A stretch of DNA of 53,339 bases from a virus (Duplodnaviria > Caudoviricetes). The notes beneath the pieces are model-generated. The model had not been told where the DNA came from, did not search any database, and saw only the letters and a program-made list of their open reading frames with translations. Positions 34,551-45,700 of the stretch are shown piece by piece. Location: positions 1-53,339 of the IMG/VR virus record IMGVR_UViG_3300032321_000329. One strand, 5' to 3'. Position numbers and translations under genes: made by a program. Position 1 is the first letter of the stretch. Each line of letters opens with the position of its first letter.

Positions 34551-34742
34551 ATGAAGTTCCCTAAAACTTGGAATAAAATGAAACTACACGAGCAAGAAGA
34601 ATTTTTGGTCAACAAGTTGAACCAAGTATATGAATTAGAAATAGCAATTAAAAAAAACCTTGCCTCTATAAGAGGAGGTCAAAGTATTCACATTAGCGAT
34701 GAGATTTCAAGACCTGATGAAGCCATATTAAAAGATGCTTAG
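34551..34742 (+). CDS. Hypothetical protein
   Basis: 63 aa, coupled to neighbours. Confidence 0.65.
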   Translation: MKFPKTWNKMKLHEQEEFLVNKLNQVYELEIAIKKNLASIRGGQSIHISDEISRPDEAILKDA

Positions 34743-35166
34743 AGCAAAAAAAATATTCAGTTTCGGTATAGTATTAAACGAGTCACTATACGAGCGTGTT
34801 CAGATAATGGACAAGAATATTTTTTATGGTTGCAATAATGAGTTTCACACTAATAGAGAATGGTGGGTATTTTTAGATGATAAAGGTAGAATAGGAGCAT
34901 ATTGTGGTTCAATATATGTAAATAACATTTGTATATTAATTAGAGCGTGGGTTAAAAAGCAGTACAGAGGTAAGGGGTTGCAAAAGAAACTTATTAAAAC
35001 AAGAATCAAATTTGCAATAAAAAATAATTGTCATACGGCTATAACATATACCACAAAAGATAATTACCCAAGCTCTAACAACTTAATATCACAAGGTTTT
35101 AAGTTATATTTCCCTCAATATGCGTATGGAGGTAACGAGATGCTGTATTGGACTAAGGCTTTATAG
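34735..35166 (+). CDS. GNAT acetyltransferase
   Basis: WVKKQYRGKGLQKKLI motif A; DNYPSSNNLISQGF. Confidence 0.85.
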   Translation: MLRAKKIFSFGIVLNESLYERVQIMDKNIFYGCNNEFHTNREWWVFLDDKGRIGAYCGSIYVNNICILIRAWVKKQYRGKGLQKKLIKTRIKFAIKNNCHTAITYTTKDNYPSSNNLISQGFKLYFPQYAYGGNEMLYWTKAL

Positions 35167-35366
35167 CTCATTTATGAGCTGAATATAGCTCAGAATCGGC
35201 TCATTTTGACCTATATTCATGTAATACGTATCAAATTGACATATGCATACGTATAAAGTAAAGGTAAAACTTTACAAAAGTTGGTATAAAGTAAAGTAAG
35301 TAAAGGCAAAACTTTACTTTGTTCACTTTTATAAACCGTTCACGAAAACGTGAACAAATAAAAAAC

Positions 35367-35609
35367 ATGACTGAACAGCAAATACAGGCTAAGAAAATAA
35401 AAGAACTTGAGGCTAAAGGCTTTTACGTTATCAAATTGATTAACACCAATAAGAACGGAATCCCTGACCTTATAGCTATACCACCTGACTCTGACGTGCA
35501 GTTCATTGAGGTTAAGAAACCTGACGGTAAAATGTCAAAGCTACAGGAGTTTAGAAAAAGAGAATTGGAAAATCACGGAGTAAAGGTAGAAATATATAAA
35601 GGAAATTAA
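35367..35609 (+). CDS. VRR-NUC / Holliday-junction resolvase-like nuclease
   Basis: MTEQQIQ..GIPDL..FIEVK..MSKLQ. Confidence 0.85.
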   Translation: MTEQQIQAKKIKELEAKGFYVIKLINTNKNGIPDLIAIPPDSDVQFIEVKKPDGKMSKLQEFRKRELENHGVKVEIYKGN

Positions 35610-35620
35610 AATCAAATCAA

Positions 35621-36133
35621 ATGCAAGAAACAAAAGAAATGGATGAATTGGCTGACATTATCAAGAGTGTCTTTGAGGTAGATATAAGTAAGAAGTCAGG
35701 GAAAAGACAATATGTGGATGCAAGATATGTGTTCAGTAAGATTATGACAGATAGGGGATATACTATAACTTTTATAAGCAGTTATTTGAAAAAACACCAT
35801 TCATCAGTAATCTATTACCGAAATTCTGCCTCTGACCTAATGGAAACAAATGAAGTATTTCTTAAAAAATACATCATATGCAGGGATAAGTTCTTGTTTG
35901 ACAAGAGTGGCAGTATCAGGATATCCAAAAAAGAAGAGTTAATTAATCGCATAGATGCACTAATTTTGGAAAAGGTAAACCTTGAGAAAAGGTTTAAAAG
36001 TTATAAAAGGCTTGAAAATATAATTGAGTTAATAGATAGTAGGACACCAAATGGCAAAGAGTCTTTTATATTTAAAAAAATTAACTTAATGTTTAACGGG
36101 ATAACCGACTATGAACAAGATAACAAATATTGA
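35621..36133 (+). CDS. Second DnaA C-terminal-like HTH protein with coiled coil
   Basis: KRQYVDARYVFSKI..ISSYLKKHHSSVIYY. Confidence 0.65.
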   Translation: MQETKEMDELADIIKSVFEVDISKKSGKRQYVDARYVFSKIMTDRGYTITFISSYLKKHHSSVIYYRNSASDLMETNEVFLKKYIICRDKFLFDKSGSIRISKKEELINRIDALILEKVNLEKRFKSYKRLENIIELIDSRTPNGKESFIFKKINLMFNGITDYEQDNKY

Positions 36134-36305
36134 GAACGCTCGTGCTGAGCGTATCGCATTTAGAATTAATGAACAGCATCTGCTGTTAGCAAATATCTAC
36201 GAGAATTTAGTGGACAGGGAGTTTATTCCTGCAGAAAAAGACATACGAAACTTAATCGTTGATTTACGATTAATATTAAAATCAATAGAAGATGATGACT
36301 TTTGA
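36111..36305 (+). CDS. Hypothetical protein
   Basis: 64 aa, overlapping neighbours. Confidence 0.6.
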   Translation: MNKITNIENARAERIAFRINEQHLLLANIYENLVDREFIPAEKDIRNLIVDLRLILKSIEDDDF

Positions 36306-36708
36306 GAAAGAGATAGACCTAATCAGAGAGAAGAAAGCAATTGAATTATTTGTCAGCATCTTTGGAGGGTCGTTTAAAAAGTTAGACCCGCATGATATTG
36401 ACTACAAGGTATTTGACAAAGATAACAACCTAATAGCCTACGCTGAGGTTAAAGGTCGCATCAGAACAATGCACTCAGCTTATCCATTACCTATAGCTGC
36501 AAGGAAGTTAGTTAAACTAATTGACAAAAGAATCACTCCTGTATTAATATGGGCTTGCGAGGATGGAATCATTTATGGCAAAGCTGATAAACTGCAAGGA
36601 GAGATTAAATGGGGAGGAAGACCTCCCCGTGATGGTGCAGTTAATGATAATGAGATGATGGTTTATTATGATAAGCAGAAAGAACTAAAGTATATTAGGT
36701 ACGCTTAA
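36292..36708 (+). CDS. PD-(D/E)xK-fold nuclease-like protein
   Basis: E...IDY...YAEVKGR motif spacing. Confidence 0.55.
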   Translation: MMTFEKEIDLIREKKAIELFVSIFGGSFKKLDPHDIDYKVFDKDNNLIAYAEVKGRIRTMHSAYPLPIAARKLVKLIDKRITPVLIWACEDGIIYGKADKLQGEIKWGGRPPRDGAVNDNEMMVYYDKQKELKYIRYA

Positions 36709-39700
36709 TTGTTCCGTCTGAGTTTCTTTTTCTTGTAGTTCCTCTGTATCCTTGTTCCATATCTTCTATTTTACGAATTTCTTTGTTCAGTTTTTTCTGA
36801 ACTTCTTTTTCCGCTTTATTCTCTTGATACCATTCAGACCTTACGCCAAAGTTTTTTTGATATAATCTTGGATTGTATCTTTTAAGTTCCGTTTCGTTGT
36901 CGTACTTCTCTCCTGTATCAGGGTCAGTAAGCAAGTCATCTTTTTCAGCTTTTTTAGCAGCTCGTTCTTCTTTCATTGCTTGCTTTTCTTCATCGCTTGC
37001 AGTTAAATCAGAAACCTTTTTTTCAATTACATCAATTTCTTCTTGACTTCTTGCCTTCTGTTCTAAGTTATCAAGAGCCTCTAATTTTTGGTCAAGCTCC
37101 ATTTGTTTTTCAGGAGATAGTTGTTTCTCTTTACCTTTATTTTTATCAAGGTCTTTGTAAATGTCATTCATCACAGCCTTTCTAATATCTTTATAGAAAG
37201 GAATAAGACCTGCATTACCTGCAATTTCTAAAGGAATACGCATAGTATTTTCTTTCTCTCTTCTTTCTATAGCAGATTCTGTTTTAGGCTCCTTGGCAGA
37301 TGCGTTCTTGATAATTAAATCAGTTGTTTTAAGCAAAGGAGTAAAAGCTCCTCCCATATTTTGAACGTAATCCCACACTCCTGTTTGTCTGCCTTTTTTC
37401 TCAGGAGGTACTAAAGAGTTTTGGATATTATCTTTATATCTATCATACTCACCTTCTCTTAAAAATCCAAGATACTCTTCATTTGCACGCTCAATACCCT
37501 CGTTAATAAATAGCTTAGTAGCATTTCCAAAGTCACGACCAAACATTATTGATGAGAATGCTGATGCAAAAGCCTGACCAATATTTTGTAATATTGAATC
37601 ATCATCTTCCTCTTCTTCATCATCAAAGAATAGACCCATTAAACCTGTACCTAAAGTCTGTAATACTAATGTATATACCATCATGCGAGTAGTAACGGCA
37701 GCAACCAAAGCAGCACCTTGTTTTTTAGTAAGTGTACCATTGCCAATTGCGGCATTAATACCTGTACGTGCAGTAGCATATTCAAATATTAAGAAGCGAG
37801 TCATAAAATTGTTAAAGTTATTAAACGCTCTCAACCATCCACTTTGATTAGGCTTAGGTGTTCCTTTTAATATTCCCATAAACGCATTGTCAGTAGCACC
37901 TGTAAATACAGAACGCTCATCCGCAGTTGTTTTTGCTTTATTAATAGCATCTTTATACTTTGACATATACGCTTCGTCATTAGCTGCAATCTTATCAAAA
38001 TTAATATCTTGACCTGTAATTTTTTTGAACTCATTTGCAAAAGAGCCAAACCAAATTGGACGCATCACAACCTTATCCGGAGTAGATATTAATGCATCTG
38101 CTGTTAACTCTACACTATTTATGTATTTCTTACCGCTACGATTAAATATTTGTTGAATTTTATTGGCAATATATCCTTTAGCTTTTCCTCCTTTGATTCC
38201 ACTTGCTTGCTTAAGAATATTTGTATCAATTAATTTACCTGATAATGTATCTGTAGGAAAAATTCTATTTGTTTCTGTACTACCAACATTATTCATAATA
38301 GTAGGAGCATCCACAGACATAATAACATCTTTGTAATCATATCCTGTTTTAGCTGCGGCAGGGTCAGAAATAACAGCAAATCCCATATTAGAAGTAAGCT
38401 CTGCTACCAATCTACTTGTTCCTGCAAGTACAGAACGGTATCCCTGCTTGCTTATATAATTAATTGCATCATCTAAGAATGCATTAGATATATAAGCATT
38501 GGTTAACAAGTTGTCAACAGACTCCTCAAACGCATCTCTAACAGCATTAAATATTTGTCTATTCTCTTTTGGCACTCTGCCCTCTTCTTCCATGTTTGAT
38601 ATTGCCTCATTAAGCGTCTTGCGAGCAGTTCTAATTGGCTCAGTCAAGTTATAATCCATCAATACAAACTTAGCACCACGTTGAGCAGAAGCAAATACAT
38701 CAAAGTTTAACGGAGACACTTTACCTGTTCTTGCTATCAAAGATTTAGCTTTTGTAGATGGTCTCATTGAATCGTTATACTCTGTAATAAATGCAGAGCC
38801 TGACGTTAATTCATTAGGCTTAGTCTCATGAAGCACGTTTAAATGCACATAGTTATTTAAAGGACTAATTTTGTCTCCACGAATAATTGCTGCAGTATAT
38901 TCAGCTTTACCTCTAAGAGATTCATTAAGTTTGCGAATATCGCTTATTGCACTTTTTTCTGCTTGATTAAATGAATTAAGTAATTTACTATTGTCAATAT
39001 TTCCTTCTGCATCAGTATATTTATCAAGTATATCTTGTAACATTTCTGCATCCTTTTCTCCAAAACTTGACTTCCCTTCGTCAATATGTTTAATAGTAGC
39101 TTTTAAATAATCTGATGCAGGATTAACTTGCTTATCTCCAACGTTTGATTCATACTCAAGTTGAATCATGTAAGTCATCATCTTAAATTTAGACATCAAT
39201 GTTTTATTCGGGTCAAGTTTAAATGATTGAGCCACTTTTTCTTCTGCTTTCTCTAATATATTTTGAATCTTTTTTAGTTCAGAACTAAATCTTGCTTCTG
39301 CTTCGGCTGATGGTTTTAACAAAGAATTAAATATTTCTTTTGTTTTAAAATCTCCAAATACTTGGTCAATATAATAAAGAGGATTTCTTCTTATCATCTC
39401 AAGAACAGCACCCTTACCTGTAAATAAGTTTTTAAACTTAGCATACAAAGTAGATAATTTAGGAAGTTTCCCTTTGCCAAATGCGGAAGCTAAGTTTTTG
39501 CCTCTATTAATGGCGTTCATTTTCTCAACCATTATCTGAGCATAATGAGGGAAATAGTTATTATTGATATTACTAATTACTTTAAGCAAGTTTTTTAATT
39601 CAGTATTGCTTAATTTATTAATCGCTTCTGTTTTAATTAATTCTTTTAACTTATTAGCTGTTGAACGCTCATCTACAGTAGGTAAACCGCTACCGTCAAC

Positions 39701-42700
39701 ATCAACATCTTCAATCTCTTTAATAAGACCTTCTTTTTCTTCTGCAATTTCTTGCTCAGTCATTTTTTTTGGTTCAACCTGAGGCATAATGTCTGACTTA
39801 TACTTACGCATAATATCAGCTTGCTCTTGAGTAATCTCTCCTTGCTTAAGCATTTCTTTGATGGACTCGGCAAAATCTAATTTACCCTCGTCACCAAATA
39901 CTTTATTCGGAGATTCATTAAACAAATCAGCTAACTCATCTGCAACAGATTGCTCCTCAGCAATAGCATCTAATATTTTTTCAGTTGAATTTTTAACTTG
40001 AGACTTTTCTTTAAGGTCTAATACAGCTTGTCTTTTTCCAAACATATCAACCAACTCTAAGTAACTATCAAGCACTGAGTCAGGAATCAATGAAGGGTTA
40101 ATAGAGAATAATTTATTCAAGTCAGCATATAAACTATCTGCAATACCAATTTTTGTATTAATGTTATTTTTTGCTGTCTTTAACATGCTTCTTGCAAACT
40201 CAAGTTTATTTGCGTATTCAGCATCACCAAATACCTTAACCATGTAGTCAACAAACTTGTCTATTGACTTCTCATTAAACATATCTACGGATGAGAACTT
40301 ACGTAAAACTGTAGCCATTTGCTTGGCTGTAATCTTTCCTGAAGATGCTAATTCCTTAATCTCTTTAGTTAAACCACCACTAACTTGTCTCCATAATTTT
40401 TTAGCGTCTTTTGCTCCTCTCGCCAAGTCTTTAATTTGCTTATTAAATAACTGCTTTTCAGTCATTGTAATCTTAGTAACATCCTGTATTAATCCAAGTA
40501 GTCTTTGAGCCAATGGTGCTGACTTCTCTCTGATACCAAGTTTTTTTCTTAACTCACGTACTAACTTTTCTTTTTGTATGTCAGTAGCGTTTGTATATTC
40601 TGCTGAATTTTTTAAAGTACTAAGAATGCTTTTTAAAGATTCACCTTGCTTAATTAATGAATCAATCTTAGACATTAATCTCTCATATCCCGGAAGCATT
40701 TCTTCAGTAATATTTACTTTACCTGCAGCTTGAGTTTCACTTGCCATTGCCTGAGCAATCTCTTGGCTTGTAAGACCTTTACCTTCTAAGAATGTTTTTA
40801 TAGCACTTTCAGAGAATCCTTGAGCTCTTGCATCTTTGATTACTTTGTTTATTTTACTTGCAGCATTAAGTTGAGCTTTTGTTACTGATTTAATTTTAAC
40901 AGCATTCTCATCAAATACAACGTAATTAGAACCTTTAGTTTTTTCATTTGAAATAGTAGTAGTTGGATACTTTATACCATCTATACCGGCTCTTAATAAA
41001 AATTCAGAAGCCTTTCTATCAGAACCTAACTCATTAGACAAACCTGCGTACAATGATTTTGTATTAAGGTTTCTAAATGTATATAAGTCAAATGCATCTT
41101 GGATATTCTTTTCTGTGGTATTACTATCTGAAGCAACCTTTTTAATTGCTTCTTCCCTACTCATGCCATCATTTACTAATTTTACTACTTTATTTGCATA
41201 TAACTTAGTTTGAACATAGTTTTTTATGTTAGATAATATGCCTGCTTTCATACCAAGTTTATTGGAGAAGTCTTCTAATACCCCTTCTTTTTTAGCCTGC
41301 TTTCTTATTTTATTTTTTACGTCATCGTTAACTTTCTCATCCCAATTTAAGAATGTGTATTCGCTTGGATTTTTTCCTTCATGTATAGATACATCATATA
41401 CATACTTACCTTCAGTTTTTTTATCTTTAGATATTGCATCAGCGTAATATTTTGCTATTTCTTTTATGTTAGTAAAATATAATCCCCAACCAAACTCTTG
41501 AGCACCTTCTCCTGTTCCTACTTTTTCAGTGCTAAATTGAGTTATGTTATAAGGAGTTCCGTGGTAAGCATCTATCTGAGCCTTTGAGATTGGAAATTCT
41601 TCTTTTAAATTCTGAACCTCTTCTGAAAATAATAACTTACTATTATCAAACATGATTTGGTCTTCTCTATCAATGTTCTCAGTTTCAGATAATAATGTTT
41701 TTCTTCTTTCTTCAGGACTTAAATTTGTTCTATTTTCAACATTTCTTGCTTCAACTTCACCGGCTACTCTATAATATAAATTAAAAGCACTCGCAGCTTT
41801 TTTGCCAAATATATCTTCAATAGAAACATTCTTTCCTGTACTGTCACCTAATTCTTTGACTTGTTTTTTTATATCTTTTTTCTTTTTTTCAAAAGATAAA
41901 TCTTTAACTTTTGCGTAACGGTCTTTAACAGATTTATAAAAATCACGTGCTTTTTTAATAGCTTCTTTATTGTCAGGGTACATTGATTTTACATAATCAT
42001 ATACTCTCTTTTCAGAATCAACTTTACTCTTAAATTCTTTTATAATATACTTCATCATCAAAGGAGCATTTGCCTGATTTGCACCACTTTCAAAAAATTC
42101 TTTTTCTTGCACGTAATGTTGTATCTCGTGAAGCATTGTTAAATCAGCTTCAGGTCTATTATTATTATATAAATCTTTGTTTACTCTAATTTTATTTTCT
42201 GAAATACTAAATGAACCAAGATTATTTTTAGCTAAATCTGCAAATGACACTTTTATATCTTTTGCTTCAGGATATGCTTCATATAATTCAGGAGCATCAA
42301 ATACATCAGATAATTTAGCTGACCTAATAACTGTACCATTAGATTGTATTTCTCTTTTTAAATCATTTATATCAAGGTCTTTGAATTTACCATCAGGAAT
42401 TTCATACCTCCACTTTCCATCTAATCCTTTTTCCCAACCCGTAGCTAATCTAATATCTTTTGCAGACATTTTATTCTTATCCATTTCCTCAGCTATGTTT
42501 AAGTTAAACTTAACAGTTGCAGATAATTGTGCATTTTTACCAATCAATTGAGCTTTTGTTTTTCGCTCAGACTTTGTTTGTTTTGTTTCTTTTGTTTTAA
42601 TAGCAATGTCAGATTCCCTTACAGCTTCTCCTTTACGAATAGATTCGGATATATTTTTGAAAAACTCTATAGTTTGCTTGGTATCTTTAATATCTTCAAA

Positions 42701-45700
42701 TGGAATTATTGCTCCATTGGTAATCTTAGATACAAACTCATTAATTAAAGCCGCTATCTTTTGCAATGTAGTTGTATCTATCTTCCCCTCTTGTTGCTCT
42801 AATGCAGCAGTTAATTCAGCAAGGTACTCCTCGTATGAATCAACCTCAGCATATTGGCTTGCGAAGTCCATCAATTGCTTGTTAGAACTTTCGCTTAAGA
42901 TTGATGCCATTCTATTTTTAAATGTCTTAAATGTCTCTACGTTCTCTCCAAACGCCTTAAGCATAATAGCATGAGCCACCTCGTGTGCCACTGTTCTCTG
43001 ATTGGCTTTAGTTAAATTGATATTAATTGTGCCCTTAAAAGAACCATCAGGATTTTTTGAGTACGTAAAACTACCGGCAGAATCACGATTTGCTTGATTC
43101 TCATCCATAGCAGCAACATAACTTTCATTGGTATCGTGTATTACAATTTCAAAGTTTGGAAATACAGACTTTAATGTATTCAAAGCTCTTTGTGCAGAAT
43201 CAATAATAGACAACTTCTTAGCATCTTTTACCTTAGATTTAACTTGCCCTAATGCAGTTGCATTAGACACCAATACACCTTTATTCTCAGCAGTAGCTTG
43301 AGGAGCCTCCTGTTCAGCAAACATTTTCTCCATGCTTGCAATTTGCTCTTCCTCTGATAATGCATCTCTTTCTTCCAATCCTTCAGGACGCATAGTAATA
43401 TCACCTACTTCTTCCTCATCAAACTGAGAGAACTCTTCAGGAAGTAAACCAATTTTTTGCTCTGCAAAAAGTCCTTCTTGATATATTTTATCTACAATGG
43501 CTTTAGCACCCGCCTCATCACCTTTCTCACGAAGTTGTCTTGCCTCTTCTCTCATTTTGTCAATCTTCTCATTAACACCTGAGAAGTTTACATATGAGTT
43601 TTGACCACGTGTCTCAGTAGTCATAGCTCTTCTTGCAAGTGGAGAAAACATACGTGCATGGATATTCCAAGCATTCTCTTCTCCCTTAGGACCAAATGAG
43701 TTACCTAACTCAGCATGACCGTAGAAGTCATGTATAGCACGAAATACATCATTAATTAATAATGGATTTCCCTTAGCATCTTTAAGACCCGAATCTCTTA
43801 ATAAAGGATTGCGTTGTCTTTGCTCTTCTGTTATAGGGTTACTTCCAAATCCCGCTTCTGTAGAGAATATTTTAATACGATTATTGTTTCTCAAATCATC
43901 AATCATCTCTTGAGAGTTAGCATATGGTTCTTCATTATCTACCTCAATAGTAAACCCTGCATCTGCAAAGTCTTTATATTGTTCTAATGTTTCTTTAGCT
44001 AACTCGTCATAAGCTGCTTTTACTTCAGGATTATTGGGGTCATCCTTCATGGCTATATAAGCATCAGCTATTCTTTTGGCTCTTGCTTCGTCAAGTTTTC
44101 TTGTGCCGGCAAACTTTGGTCTTTCGGTATTGAAAACTCTTTGATAATATCCATTCGCAATTTCCTTAGCTTTCGTGAGTGGCTTATTGAAAAGTCTGTT
44201 TCCTGCGATAGGTCTTCCTGTTGTTGTTTTTGTTGGTTCTCCATTTTCTTGAATTTGAGTTGTTATTTCTTGCGTGCCCTGAGGCGTGATGGTTTCTTCG
44301 GTCCCTGTGGTAACGATTTCAGGTTGGACGTTTCCTTCGCCCACTTGCTGCAATCCCACTTCGGGTTGCCCTGTGCGTAGCACGCTTTCACTTGTTGCTT
44401 GCTCTTGAATGGCATCTTGTTCGGTTTTTATTGTTTCTGTTACAGCTTCTTCTTGTAGCTGATTCTCTTGAATATTTTTAATCTGCCCTCTAATAGCGGC
44501 AGCTTTATCTTTACCTGTTTGTGTTGTATTGCCTTCTAACTTTTTTAATTCTTTTTCTAACTCAGTTATGGCATTAAGACTTGGCTCATTTAACTCAGGA
44601 TTCCCTTGTCTTACTTGCTCTTTAATTGAGTTAGTTACAATCTTATCTTGTATTTTAAATTTACGACCTTCATAATCATTTTCAATATCTATTTTGGTCT
44701 TTACTAACTCATCAGGTGTCATTGTCTCAATAAGATTATCAACCTCCTCTGCCGTTACTTTTGCTCCGTTTACTTTATATGTAGGCTTAGCAAATCTTGC
44801 TTGAATAGTAGAGCGAATACCACCCGGCAATTCTGCAACTCCTTCCATTAAAATCTCACCTGTATCCATTTTTTGACCTATAGCCGCTCTTGCTGCTGCC
44901 TCACCTACAGAACCACCAACTGCTTCTATTCCTGCACCTGTTGCTATTGATTTTGTTACAGCTTTTTTTGTTGCCTGACCTACTGCTGATTTTGCTGCTG
45001 ATTTGCCTAATATTTTAGCACCAATTTTACTTGCTAATTTATTTGTATATGCATCAACGGCACCAATAATCGCTCCTCTTGCTACTGCTTTATTCCTTAA
45101 TGAATTAAATTTCTCAGGGTTCTCAAGAATTGCTTTTACATTCTCCTTAGTCATTTCTTTATCACCCAATTCTTCTTGCAATCCCTCTGCAACATATGAG
45201 CCCAATTCCATAATACTTCCTGCCAATCCCATAGCATATGGAACAGCAGAAGTTGCTCCTGCTATAGCTCCGGGTATTGCTCCAACACCTCCTGCTGCTA
45301 ATCCTGTAGTTGCTCCTGCTGCGGCTCCTGTTCCAACACCTGTAATACCTGCTTTTAATGCATCAGTATTAGTTGCCAATCCAACAAGAGAACTTGCCAT
45401 AACTTCTCCGAGATAACTTGGATTATTGGCTATTCCTTTTACAAATCCCCAAACACCGCCACCCTCTTCATCGTAAATTTTATTAAAATCTTGTGCTTCT
45501 TTTGATGTCCCTAAATTTTTAACATTTTTATTAGCGTCAATAAATTTTTGAAGTTGTTCGTCAGTTGGCTTAGTTCCTTGTAATAATAAGTTATCAGCTT
45601 CAGTTGCAGCCGTTCCTTGTCTATAACCTTGAGCAACAGAACGAGCCATGTCATCTATAAAGTCACCAATACCAATTGGAGAATATTTATCAAATCCTCT

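Noticed and set aside
35667-35682. Tenth palindrome copy GTGTCTTTGAGGTAGA
   Set aside because: Only the left arm matches; could be a decayed site or chance.
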